Source: Octopus sinensis (lineage: Eukaryota). From it: a stretch of 64,000 bases of DNA. Each line of letters begins with the position of its first letter. The stretch's first letter is position 1. Made by a program: the position numbers and the translations under genes. The notes below the pieces were generated by a model. That model ran no database searches and was not told the origin of the DNA. It saw only the letters and a list, made by a program, of their open reading frames with translations. Below, piece by piece: positions 1 to 11,566 of this stretch. The stretch is from NCBI RefSeq assembly GCF_006345805.1, contig NC_042997.1, forward strand, positions 15,066,001 to 15,130,000, in the 5' to 3' direction.

Positions 1-219
1 CTTTTACTCTTTTACTTGTTTCAGTCATTTGACTGCAGCCATGCTGGAGCACTGCCTTTAGTCGAGCAAATCGACCCCGGGACTTATTCTTTGTAAGCCC
101 AGTACTTATTCTATCGGTCTCTATTGCCGAACCGCTAAGTGACAGGGACATAAACACACCAGCATCGGTTGTCAAGCAATGCTAGGGGGACAAACACATA
201 CACACAAAAACACACACAT

Positions 220-250
<31 letters not shown>

Positions 251-438
251 CGACAGGCTTCATTCAGTTTCCGTCTACCAAATCTACTCACAAGGCATTG
301 GTCGGCCTGGGGCTATAGCAGAAGACACTTGCCCAAGATGCCACGCAGTGGGACTGAACCCAGAACCATGTGGTTGGTTAGCAAGCTACTTACCACACAG
401 CCACTCCTGCGCCTATCCACACAGCCACTCCTGCGCCT
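1..438 (-). mobile_element. tRNA-derived SINE family A (head GGCGCAGGAGTGGCTGTGTGGTAAG, internal (TA)n/(TG)n, GTAAAAGA-repeat tail); head partly duplicated
   Basis: Near-identical to copies at 3425-3842, 4956-5358, 24376-24788 and 52404-52839; A/B-box-like head; AGCCACTCCTGCGCCT occurs twice (about 399-413 and 423-438). Confidence 0.85.
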
Positions 439-535
439 ATGAACTATTTATGAATGCTACAGAACTATTCTTTCAATTGTCTTAACTTATTGTGGAACCT
501 TTCTAATTCATGTCCAGCCTAATATTACTCATACA

Positions 536-745
536 TAGCAGGCAGAATTGTTAAAATGTTGGGCAAAATGCTTTGCAGCATTTAGTCTGTCTATATGTTC
601 TGAGTTGAAATTCCGCCAAGGTTGACTTTGCCTTTTATCCCTTCTGGGTTGATAAAATAGGTACCAGTTGTGTACTTGGGTCGATGTATTCAACTCATTC
701 CCTCCTCCAGAATTGCTGGCCTTGTGCCAAAATATGAAACCATTA
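536..745 (+). mobile_element. Degenerate SINE family C
   Basis: GGCAGAAT..GAGTTGAAATTCCGCCAAGGTTGACTTTGCC matches the intact copy at 17807. Confidence 0.55.
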
Positions 746-829
746 TTAAATGTTCACATGGTGTTGTTACATCATTTATATGCAGCCTTACCTATAGATC
801 ACCCATTAGTGACAGCCTTAACTAGAGAA

Positions 830-1222
830 AGTAAGTTGATGCCAGTGCCCCTTGACTGGCTCCCATGCCGGTGGCATGCAAAAAGCACCATCTGAACGTG
901 ACTGATGCCAGGTCCACCTGACTGGCTCCTGTGCTGGTGACACGTAAAAAGCAGTATCCGAACGTGGTTGATGCCAATGCCCCCTGACTGGCTCCCATAA
1001 AAAGCATTATCTGAACGTGATCAATGCCAGGGCTGCCTGACTGGTTCCTGTGCTGGTGGCACAAAAAAAGCATCCACTACACTCTCGGAGTGGTTGGCAT
1101 TAGGAAGGGCATCCAACTGTAGAAACATTGCCAGACCAGATTGGAGCCTAGTGCAGCCACTGGCTTTCCAGACCTCAGTCAAACCGTCCAACCCATGCCA
1201 GCATGGAAAACGAACATTAAAC

Positions 1223-1255
<33 letters not shown>
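830..1255 (+). mobile_element. Non-coding repeat family E (probable RTE 3' UTR/tail derivative) with internal ~55-bp tandem units and (GAT)n tail
   Basis: Ends CCCATGCCAGCATGGAAAACGAACATTAAAC(GAT)n; more than 10 copies in the window. Confidence 0.75.
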
Positions 1256-1257
<2 letters not shown>

Positions 1258-1342
1258 GGTTTATCATGCAAATTAAAGAGCCAAATGAGATACTTTATGG
1301 TCTTTAAGGTTTGATGCTGTCGTGTTCTGAGTTCAAATCCTA

Positions 1343-1506
1343 GCATCATCATCATCTTCATCATCATTGTTTAGCATCCATTGTCCATGCTGGTATGAGT
1401 TGGATGGTTTTACCAGGCCTGGTAGGCCGAGGGGCTGCACCAGACTCCAGTCTAATTTGACATGCTTTCTACAGTTGGATGTCCTTACTAATACCAACCA
1501 CTCCGA
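1343..1506 (-). mobile_element. Family E, 3' partial
   Basis: (CAT)n followed by the reverse complement of the family E tail. Confidence 0.6.
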
Positions 1507-1523
1507 GAGTGTAATATATACAT

Positions 1524-1575
<52 letters not shown>

Positions 1576-1578
1576 GAT

Positions 1579-1634
<56 letters not shown>

Positions 1635-2582
1635 GTAGATAAACAGACATACAAATATACGGACAGACAGACAGATAGATGTGTGGGGGGGAAGTTAATG
1701 TTGTGTTTGTCTTATGTGATAGTTGCAAATAATTGTTACCATCATGCAAGCTGTGTCCTTTGCTTCTAATCTTCCATGAACACATGTCTGGTTATGGGGA
1801 AACATTAGCTTACTTGGAAACGGGTGAGAGTTGGCAACAGGAAAGGTATCTGGCTGTAGAAAAAAATCCATCTCAACAAATTCTGTCTGACCCATGCAAG
1901 CATAGAAAAGTGGACGTTAAAACAATGATGATAACGATTAGATTAAATGTGTTATCTTTTCTTCACCTTGTAAGTGTTTCTAATTAGATTTTTCATGCTC
2001 ATTACATCAAATATATTAACACTAACTTAGCTGGTTCAGGGTGATTTGATATTATTCTATTTCTCACAATGTGTTAAAAAAAATTATCAGTTACAAGTTG
2101 GCAGATATAATCTCTTATATCAGTCAGCTGTATTTGAGCGGTTCTATTATATGAGATTAGCTAATCAAACATTTAGTGACCCACAACTTCAATGCACCAG
2201 ATATTAACCTGGAATTTTATCTCTGCCCTACGTGTTGTTAACTCTATCAACAAGATTAAATGCTCCAGTATGGCCTCAGCCCATTGGCTTGAACCAATAG
2301 AAGAGTAATTGGTCTTTGGAGGAATTGCTACTAAGTTCTTTATCTTTTATCTTTAGTCTGTTTTAGTCATAGGTCTGTGGCCATGCTGTGGCACTGCCTT
2401 GAAGAGTTTAGCTGAATAAATCAACTCCACTACTTATTCTTTTTTAAGTCTTCTACTTATTATATCAGTCTCTTTTATTGAGCTGCTAAGTTATGGGGAG
2501 ATAACCACATCAACACCAGTTATCAAGATACACTTACACTTACATACACACATACAAACACTAAGATACACTTGCATACGTA

Positions 2583-2949
2583 ACTTGTTTACCAACCACA
2601 TGGTTCCGGGTTCAGTCCCACTGCTTGACACTTTGGGCAAGTGTCTTCTACTATAGCCTCAGGCCGACCAAAGCCTCGTGAGTGGATTTGGTAGACGGAA
2701 ACTGAAAGAAACCCATCCTCTCTCTATATATATGTGTGTGTGTGTACATTTGTGTGCCTGTGTTTTGTCCTTACACCATCGCTTGACAACCGATGCTGGT
2801 GTGTTTAAGTCCCTGTAACTTAGCAAAAAAGACAGATAGAATAAGTACTAGGTTTACAAAGTTTAAGTCCTGGGGCAATTTGTTCGATTAAAGGCAGTGC
2901 TCCAGCATGGCCGCAGTCAAATGACTGAAACAAATAAAAGAGTAAAAGA
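2583..2949 (+). mobile_element. SINE family A, 5' truncated
   Basis: Similarity to 3425-3842. Confidence 0.75.
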
Positions 2950-3424
2950 ATACATACATGCATGCATGCACACATACATACACTCATGCATACACACACA
3001 CACACATACACACACACACATGCATAAATGAACCCAATATGGGTTTCTATACACTTTCTATCTACCAAATTCACTCACAAGTTATTGGTTGGCCGAAGAC
3101 TAGAATAGTGCCCAAAACACCATGCAATGAGACTGAACCCAAAACCATGTGGCTATAAAGCAAGCATCTTAACCACACAACTATTCCTGCATCTATTTAT
3201 TTAGTTTAATTATATAGTTACTGGTATAACCAAATAATCGATCAACCAAATTAATTGAATCTAATTATAAAATTTGAGCAAAAAATATTGAGGCACAATG
3301 AGTAAAATTTACTGCATTTTTGACTTTGAGAAAAAAATATTTTTTACAACTGTAAAAAATTATATCAGCTAAGCAAATGACCTCTAAATGCATTAAAAAT
3401 ATTATCACATAATCTGAACATTAA

Positions 3425-3842
3425 GCGCAGGAGTGGCTGTGTGGTAAGTAGCTTGCTTACCAACCACATGGTTCTGGGTTCAGTCCCACTGCGTGGCACC
3501 TTGGGCAAGTGTCTTCTACTATAGCCTTGGGCCGATCAAAGCCTTGTGAGTGGATTTGGTAGACGGAAACTGAAAGAAGCCCGTCGTATATATATATATC
3601 TATTTATATGTTTGTGTGTGTTTGTGTGTCTGTGTTTGTCCCCCCAACATCGCTTGACAACTGATGCTGGTGTGTTTACGTCCCCGTTACTTAGCAGTTC
3701 GGCAAAAGAGACCGATAGAATAAATACTAGGCTTACAAAGAATAAGTCCTGGGGTCGATTTGCTAGACTAAACGGGCGGTGCTCCAGCATGGCCGCAGTC
3801 AAATGACTGAAACAAGTAAAAGAGTAAAAAGAGTAAAAGAGT
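3425..3842 (+). mobile_element. SINE family A, full length
   Basis: tRNA-like head GCGCAGGAGTGGCTGTGTGGTAAG...GGTTCAGTCCC; GAGTAAAA tail repeats. Confidence 0.85.
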
Positions 3843-4233
3843 ATTATTTCAAAAAATTATCTCCGTTCTCTTTGAGCATAGAAAAGGCAAATTTAGATGG
3901 GACAAAATGAGTAAGACAAGATAATTAAATTTGAGAAAGATTTGTATGCATCAATATCCATCCTTAGACATCAGAAAGATCAGAAATGCAACAAACATTT
4001 AAAATATCTAGGTCAAACTGAAAGAGGTCACAGAAAAATGACACATGATATAAAATCAACGAAACTCAAGTGAGTATAAAAGCTGGATATAAAATATTGT
4101 TTAAAGGGTCTTCCCTGCTGGAGTGGCTCTCTTCATGATATAGTTACATACCATGCAGTTAAAGAGAAGAAATTATTGAAATTAGTCATTACTCATTTTG
4201 CCCGTGTTTAGACATGATTTTTTGAAAATTGTA

Positions 4234-4523
4234 GTGGCTGCGTGGTAAGTAGCTTGATTACCAACCACATGGTTCCAGGTTCAGTCCCACTGCGTGGCAC
4301 CTTGGGCAAGTGTCTTCTACTATAGCCTCAGGCTGACCAAAGCCTTGTGAGTGGATTTGGTAGATGGAAACTGAAAGAAGCCTATCGTATATATATATAT
4401 ATATATATCATGTGACCGACCAGACATCAGATGTTTTACACATCGCTGGTCACAATGCGTTTGCATTGTTTTAGCCTTCGAATGACGCCATCCGCTGGCT
4501 AAGCAACCAGGCCAATATATATA

Positions 4524-4566
<43 letters not shown>

Positions 4567-4783
4567 TGTGTGTGTATGTGTGTGTGTGTGTGTGTGGTGT
4601 GTGTGTGTGTTTGTGTGTCTGTGTTTGACCCCCAACATCGCTTGACAACCGATGCTGGTGTGCTTATGTCCCCGTAACTTAGCACGTGGGCAAAAGAGAC
4701 TGATAAAATAAGTACTAGGCTTACAAAGAATAAGTCCTGGGGTTGATTTGCTTGACTCCAGCATGGCCGCAAAAGAGTAAAGA
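4234..4783 (+). mobile_element. SINE family A with a nested family B tail fragment (about 4409-4512) in its (TA)n tract
   Basis: Insert TGTGACCGACCAGACATCAGATG...TAGCCTTCGAATGACGCC matches the family B tail at 35097-35180. Confidence 0.75.
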
Positions 4784-4955
4784 GATCAAATTAGACATTA
4801 GAGCAGGGGAAAAATTGATTTGGAATCCCAACAGAGAAAAGGATATTGATTGTTAAACATGAAAAACTATCCAGATATTTTATTAGCAACCTCAATGACA
4901 ATCAGGTCAAAGCCAAGGAAAAATTTTTTGAAAAAAAAATGTACCAGGAGTGGTA

Positions 4956-5358
4956 CGCAAGAGTGGCTGTGTGGTAAGTAGCTTGCTAACCAACCACATG
5001 GTTCCGGGTTCAGTCCCACTGCGTGGCATCTTGGGCAAGTGTCTTCTGCTATAGCCCCGGGCCGACCAAAGCCTTGTGAGTGGATTTGGTAGACGGAAAC
5101 TGAAAGAAGCCTGTCGTATATATGTATATATATATATATGTGTATGTGTGTGTGATTGTGTTTGCCCCCCTAGCATTGCTTGACAACCGATGCTGGTGTG
5201 TTTACGTCTCCGTCACTTAGTGGTTCGGCAAAAGTGCCCGATAGAATAAGTACTGGGCTTACAAAGAATAAGTCCCGGGGTCGAATTGCTCGACTAAAGG
5301 CGGTGCTCCAGCATGGCCGCAGTCAAATGACTGAAACAAGTAAAAGAGTAAAAGAGAG
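4956..5358 (+). mobile_element. SINE family A
   Basis: Similarity to other family A copies. Confidence 0.85.
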
Positions 5359-5647
5359 TACCTGTCACCCATGTTTCAAATTCTCTCTCCTTCAACATCA
5401 ACACCTCTGCTGACCAATTGTTACTCCCAAATATAATGCAAGAGTACAAAATGATGATGCAATACTTACAATGTAATGATTTCAAAACAGGCAGGAGGAA
5501 AATCACCAGAAATCAGAAATTACCCATTTTGACCCCACCCCACTTATATATTTTATCCAATTATACTGTGTGATAGGCTATACCCATACACTTGTAACTC
5601 AGGATGTAAGATTGTAGAAGATAGGCATTTTGTTTGCTGATGTCTTT

Positions 5648-5971
5648 GACACCCACGTAAAAAGCACCATCCGAATCGTGGCCGAAGCCAGTGCCGCCTC
5701 GACTGGCTTCCGTGCAGGTGGCACGTAAAATGCACCAATCCGACCGTGGCCGATGCCAGCCTCGCCTGGCACCAGTGTAGGTGGCACGTAAAAAGCACCC
5801 ACTACACTCACGGAGTGGTTGACGTTAGGAAGGGCATCCAGCTGTAGAAACATTGCCAGATAAGACCGGAGCCTGGTGCAGCCTTCTGGCTTCCCAGATC
5901 CCCGGTCGAACCGTCCAACCCATGCTAGCATGGAGAACGGACGTTAAACAATGATGATGATGATGATGATG
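5648..5971 (+). mobile_element. Family E repeat
   Basis: Tandem GGTGGCACGTAAAAAGCACC units plus (GAT)n tail; nearly identical to 41185-41580 in reverse. Confidence 0.8.
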
Positions 5972-6090
5972 ATCTTCATTGAGAAACCACAGGAAATCCT
6001 AACCCCAGCCCAGTATTGCAAATTAATTCAATACTAAAAGGTGCAAGCATGGCTGTGGTTAAGAAGCTTGCTTTCTGATCATGTAATTTC

Positions 6091-6415
6091 AGGCATATGG
6101 CTCAGTGGTTAGAGCATTGGTCTCACAATTATGAAGTAGTGAGTTCGATTCTTGGACTGGGTTGTATGTTGTGTTCTTGAGCAAGACACTTTGTTTCACG
6201 TTGTTCCAGTTCACTCAGCTGTGGAAATGAGTTGCAATGTCACTGGTGCCAAGCTGCATCAGCCTTTGCCTTTTCCCTTGGATAACATCGGTGGCACAGA
6301 GAAGGGAAGCTGGTATACATGAGTGACTGCTGGTCTTCCATCAGACTTGTGCCTTGGAGGGCAACTTCCTGGGTGCAAACCCATGGTCATTCATGACCAG
6401 AGGAGGTCTTTCACC
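6091..6415 (+). mobile_element. tRNA-derived SINE family D (head GGCACATGGCTCAGTGGTTAGAGC)
   Basis: A box TGGCTCAGTGG, B box GAGTTCGATTC; copies at 33500-33827 and 48691-49020. Confidence 0.75.
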
Positions 6416-7810
6416 ACTACATGGTAAGTTGAGCAAGTATCTTCTTCTATATATCCAGATTAACTAAAGACTTGTAATTGGAATTGATGGATGGAAACTG
6501 AAAGAGGCTCACTGCTACCATCACTGTTGTCTTAGTCAGTGTTGATAGATGAAAGTCACTGGATGTGTATTGATACCCTAAAATAATCATGGCGTTGTTG
6601 TTATAAAACCACAGGAAATAATATAGGCTGATTAAATTACACAAAGGGGTTTATCAGAAATGGCAAAAAGTGAAGAGGCCATGTAATGAAATAAAAGCTA
6701 GAGTAAGCTGTAATGAGAATGAAATCTGATCGTTTATCAGGGAAGGAGCTCATCAAGGCAAAACTAATTACTCGAACAATAGGCATATCAACAACATTTT
6801 ATAGTTTTTCTAAACAAATAATTCATATCACGAGGAGGAAGATTATGTTTAATTAGATTTGATAACTGAACAACAGTGGGGAGATGAAAAGAGCTATTCA
6901 AAGAGATGGAATATTAATCAAGATTAATTTTTCTAAGCAGTAGAATTTCTAAATCAACTCTTTCTTCCCACTGTTCAACTCCTGGTCAGTTTTGACTAAA
7001 AGACCCTTGATCAAAGGTGTTCTCGTCAAGCCTGTTCTATCCTTCTCTTGGACATTGTCCCGCTCTTTTTTTAAAGATATCAGGATTTAATTTGAGAGAG
7101 ATTTGGCTGCTATTTCCAGTAAGTTGAGTAACCATATGAAGGATCCCTTGTTGGCTTACTCTTATACTCTTTTACTTGTTTCAGCTTCTGCATAGTTATA
7201 CCTTTATATATATATTTTCAGTGATGCCTAGGAGATGATGATTCAATCAGAATATAAAGTCTTGTAACCATCCTTCAAGATGAACTTGGAGGACTTCATA
7301 ACATTGTTTCCTGTGAAATTGAAACTATTCTAAATAGATGTTATCTCACTGAGGTTCCATATACTGTGTATGTCCTCAGTGTATATTACCTCAATTCATC
7401 TACAACTGCTACAAAAGATAATAAAAGAGTTTCATCTCTGGGACATCCTCTAATATAGTTAACTATTCAGGGTAATAGTTACAATATCTATCTCATTGAC
7501 CTGTCCAGGAGAAGGTGGACCAAAATATACATTCCCTTTCTTCAAATTGAAAAATAAGGGTTAAAGCATGAAAGAAATTCCACAGTTGGTAATCTGGTGG
7601 CCAGTATTTTGTGGTGTATGCTGGAGATTTGAAATAAAGACACCAACCTTCTCTTTGTCGATGCAGACATCTCTGGCGGTAACGCACTCTTCCACATGGC
7701 CCGACCCGAACGCTAAAAATAGCAGCTGCTTTTCCCCTACCTTGACAAAGCACTCACACATCCAGCTCTGTCGGTTACCCTGATCGAAAAGGCCCAATGC
7801 TCCCCTGCCT

Positions 7811-7884
7811 GCGCGACGTCACTCCTGCCCCTTCCTCTTCCGGTCAGCCCAAAGTTCTGGTCAGCTACCCAGCTGCTGACGTCA
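7811..7884. promoter_or_regulatory. CpG-retaining patch with two CRE-like sites and an ETS-like site; possible promoter
   Basis: GACGTCA 7815-7821, CTTCCGGT 7837-7844, TGACGTCA 7877-7884; no transcript assigned. Confidence 0.25.
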
Positions 7885-8816
7885 TCCCATATATTTTTTC
7901 AAAGAATGTTTATAAAAAAATAAATTTTGTGTTAGCAGAGTCTTTAAGGTGAAAATAATATTGATGCATCCAAAGCCATTATTGTTTAGTCCTTTAGTGA
8001 GTTGGTTAGAATGACTCTGGCCCTGATATAATCACAAGTTTTTGGTTCCAATGAGTTGTGCATAAAACAGTGGGAAGATATACAGGAAACAGTCGCAATT
8101 AACTGCAACACTTTATTCAACCGCCAAATGAATTGTACAGCAACTGTTGGTTACATCATGATGATAACTCTGAAATTGCCGAAATACGAGAACTTTAATG
8201 TGAAATAACTTCGTAAATATAATTTTTTTCTCAAAAATGCTAAGAGTAAAAGATGTTTTATATGACATATTCTACCAGTGTCCGAAGTTTGAAGGTGTTT
8301 AGTAACAAAAAATTATTTTTTTAAATCTGTAGGTCAAAAGGTAAAGATCCGAAAGCTTTTCCTAGGCCTTGTGATTAACAACAACAAATAAATTCGACTT
8401 TTATCGCACAAGCGATCTATGGAGTTTTTAAAAAAATGTTGAAAAGGTGCAGTTTTGAAAATGTGAGGGAGCAATCGCTCCCCTTGCTCCCCTTGCTGCT
8501 GGTGACAGATGTCCTTCAAACATCGAGTATTCCATTGAAACAGAGCGTAACAACCGGTTCCAGTTAGTTTCCGGCTACGGTCCGACTGCATACAAGCTTT
8601 CTTTAAAACTGGTCTAAAGAGAAGAAAAGACGGAAGAAATCTGAAAGAACAAGAATCCTTATGATATCCTGAACGATTTGAAATTTCCCAGCAGGCCGAG
8701 AAGAGGAAGAAATCATTCAGGAGTTAAAAGAATCAAAATCTACAAGGCAATAAGTCGAAGTATTTCACAGGAGACTGATAATAACGACAGTAATGTAAAG
8801 GATGATGAAATGTCAT

Positions 8817-9196
8817 TGGAAGCACTCCGTCGGTTACGACGATGAGGGTTCCGGTTGATCCGAATCAACGGAACAGCCTGCTCGTGAAATTAACGTGTAA
8901 ATGGCTGAGCACTCCACAGACACGTGTACCCTTAACGTAGTTCTCGGGGATATTCAGTGTGACACAGAGAGTGACAAGGCCGGCCCTTTGAAATACAGGT
9001 ACAACAGAAACAGGAAGTAAGAGTGAGAGAAAGTTGTGGTGAAAGAGTACAGCAGGGATCACCACCATCCCCTGCCGGAGCCTCGTGGAGCTTTAGGTGT
9101 TTTCGCTCAATAAACACTCACAACGCCCGGTCTGGGAATCGAAACCGCGATCCTATGACCGCGAGTTCGCTGCCCTAACCACTGGGCCATTGCGCC
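8817..9196 (-). mobile_element. tRNA-derived SINE family B (head GGCGCAATGGCCCAGTGGTTAGGGC), tail type a
   Basis: Near-identical reverse complement of 37814-38200. Confidence 0.85.
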
Positions 9197-9456
9197 AAGA
9201 ATCATCAAACGGTGAGTAATCAGCAAATAAACAGGAATGAAGTGAACCTTCAAGTGCAGGGGACTGTACTGTACGTTTCGCCGGGAACAAAAACGTTCCC
9301 TTTTTATGTTGCTCTGGTCGATGAAATGAACGACGATGAAGTAACGAAATCTGGAAACGTGTTCCAAGCAAAACTTTTTCGCGCCCAAATTTACTATGCC
9401 AAACGATGATAAAATATGTACATATGACCTTTGATCTATCAACTAACAAGCCGTAA

Positions 9457-10045
9457 TACGATGTTCGTTCAAAACGTATCCAACTTCATTTTTTCCCGCC
9501 AAAACTAATGCTTGAGCAAAATTCTTTGGGTGGGAAGTGACACTACCGTTCCTGTGCATGTATAAAAAAATTTCGCGCTGGTAGGTCGCGGTCAGCTTCC
9601 GGCTGTTACGCTTAGAGTACTGACGTAATACGCGCTCATCGGATTTTCATTTTCTCGCAAGACGACCGAACGCATCGAGCAGAGATATTGCATCAATTTT
9701 TGCCAAAAGCTTGGTGACACTCATTCTCAAACCACCCAGAAGATTCAGCAGGCATTTGGCGATGATACCCTGGGCAAAACTCAGATCAAGGAATGGCACA
9801 ACCCCTTCAAACATAGTCGCACTTCAGTGGATAGTGAAGCAAGCTCAAGCAGGCCCTCCACCGGCCGAAACGAGCAGCCGATTGAGATGGTTCGGTGAAT
9901 AGTCATATGGAAGACCGTCGTGTAACAATCCAAAAAATTGCTTACGAAGTGGGAATGACCACATTCCATTTTAACGTAGGATTTTTGCATGCGGTGAGTG
10001 TCGGCGAAAATAAAAAGTTGGATACTTTTTGAATGTTTAATTGGT
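9457..10045 (+). mobile_element. Internally deleted mariner/Tc1 element with TIRs
   Basis: 5' TIR TTCAAAACGTATCCAACT (9468-9485) vs 3' AGTTGGATACTTTTTGAA (about 10016-10033); inner frame ERIEQRYCINFCQKLGDTHSQTTQKIQQAFGD..IKEWHNPFK resembles the mariner N-terminal HTH. Confidence 0.7.
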
Positions 10046-10084
10046 CAATATACAGTGAGCCCCGGTCACTAAATAAACCCAGCC

Positions 10085-10665
10085 TACTAGGTGTAAAAAA
10101 ATGTGTAGAAAACGAATATGAAAACAAAAATTTGCGCAAACGAACGGGTGTCGGAAAATTCACAAGATCCCTCGTAACGTTAAGGAAAATTGATATATGT
10201 TGGTGAAATTTTATAGAAATACCGGTCAAATAGTACAGATTACGATTATAAAGAAATTTCTGGGGAAAATGTTTTCCGAAGGGGTGGAGAGAGGATATCG
10301 GAAAATTTAAGGATACGGTTTTTTCCCTTATAACTTTCAGGAAAATGGATATCTTTTAATGAAATCTTACAGAAACACCTTTCAAACAGCATAGATTACG
10401 ATTATAAAGAAATTTGTGAAGAAAATGTTTTCCGAAGGGCTGGGGAGAGGACTGTCGGAAAATTCACATGATCCGTTTTTTCCCCTCATAACTTTCAGAA
10501 TTTAGTTTAGCATCCTGTCACCAAAACAAAAAAAAAAAGGGAGTCTAATGGGTATAAAAAAAAACGTGTAGAAAACGATTATGAAAACAAAAATTTGCGC
10601 AAACGAACGGGCGGGTGGGTGGAGAGAGGACTTTCAGAAAATTCGCACGATCCGATTTTTCCCTC
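10085..10665. repeat. Internally repetitive non-coding element (MITE-like)
   Basis: GTGTAGAAAACGA.TATGAAAACAAAAATTTGCGCAAACGAACGGG at about 10103 and 10566; TAGATTACGATTATAAAGAAATTT..AAAATGTTTTCCGAAGGG at about 10237 and 10392. Confidence 0.5.
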
Positions 10666-10729
10666 ATAACTTTCACCCACCCCTCGTCCCGTGTACCACA
10701 GACTCCCTCAATCAACTGAAGGAGAAACA

Positions 10730-11221
10730 TCACCTACACTGGCCCGACCCACCAAGTTTTCTACAACCCATCTTCAACCCTGACAATGTCAGGAAGGAAA
10801 TTGCCTCCCTTCCAGATTCTAGTGCGGGGATCGATGGCTTACGACCTCAGCATCACAAGGATGGTATCTCCCTGTCAGCTGGTGATGCTGGGCTCGAACT
10901 CTTGGAGGACCTAACACAGTTCATAAACTTGTTCTCGCCCGAGGATATCCTTGCCTACATTCGTCCCCTGTTTTTTGGGGCCAAACTATTTGGTCTCGCC
11001 AAACTTGGCGGTGATCTCCGCCCCATAGTTGGTTGTACTCTGCGCCAGCTCACAGCAGAAGTGTGTCTGTCCTCAGTTTCTAACTGCCTGACCGAGGAAA
11101 TTTCCCCTATTCAGCTAGGAGTGGGTACTAAGATAGGCTGTGAGGCTGCTGCTGCTCGTGCCGCCAGGGCTTTCACAAATTTGCCCTCTGAGTCCCCAAA
11201 GGCCATCCTCAAACTTGACTT
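10730..11221 (+). pseudogene. CRE-clade (restriction-like endonuclease non-LTR) reverse transcriptase fragment
   Basis: ORF 10581-11294 contains SSAGIDGLRPQH, RPLFFGAKL, GGDLRPI, PIQLGVGTKIGCEAA and ILKLDF motifs typical of CRE RT; truncated on both sides. Confidence 0.7.
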
Positions 11222-11566
11222 TAATATATATGAAAATAAACATTTTATTATAACGCAGCACTTGTTCGACAGGTTCCCTACTCTCCCGACTTGACACCGT
11301 GTGATTTCTGGCTCTTCTTCAAACTGAAAACCACACTGAAAGGGAAGCGCCAAAGGAAATTATGAGAAAAGCGACGGTGGAGCTCCATAGCATTCCAGAG
11401 AAGGCGTTCCAGAAATGTGACCAGCAGTGGCAGAACCGCTTGGAGAAGCGTGTGAACTTCCAACGGGAGTATTTTGAAGATGATTAAACAGAATTTGTGA
11501 AATGTACAAAATTGTTTTGTTTTTTTTATGCCCAAGGATCAGATACTTTTTGAAAGCATCTTGTAA
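11222..11566 (+). mobile_element. Mariner transposase C-terminal fragment with 3' TIR
   Basis: PYSPDL(TP)CDFWLFFKLK..LKG motif, then AFQKCDQQWQNRLEKRVNFQREYFEDD*; TIR-like GATACTTTTTGAA at about 11543-11555. Confidence 0.75.

Noticed and set aside
830-1080. Regularly spaced ~55-bp repeats resembling a CRISPR array (also 5648-5810, 41350-41500)
   Set aside because: Eukaryotic context, spacers are not unique, no cas genes; these are internal tandem units of a dispersed retroposon.
1094-1785. ORFs with poly-D, poly-H or YLSI repeats (also 26398-27125, 31949-32245 plus strand, and many 60-100 aa ORFs)
   Set aside because: Translations of microsatellites or SINE sequence; no coding signal.
7245-7470. 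Possible minus-strand exons (VNYIRGCPRDETLLLSFVAVVDELR / KQCYEVLQVHLEGWLQDFIF*) or a plus-strand BEL-integrase-like frame (CEIETILNRCYLTEV)
   Set aside because: Two mutually exclusive readings, neither matching a family I can name with confidence; needs TBLASTN or RNA-seq.
9200-9410. 65-aa ORF (VLYVSPGTKTFPFYVALVDEMNDDEV) as a possible gene exon
   Set aside because: Lies between a SINE and a mariner with no linked exons; probably a transposon remnant, family not identifiable.
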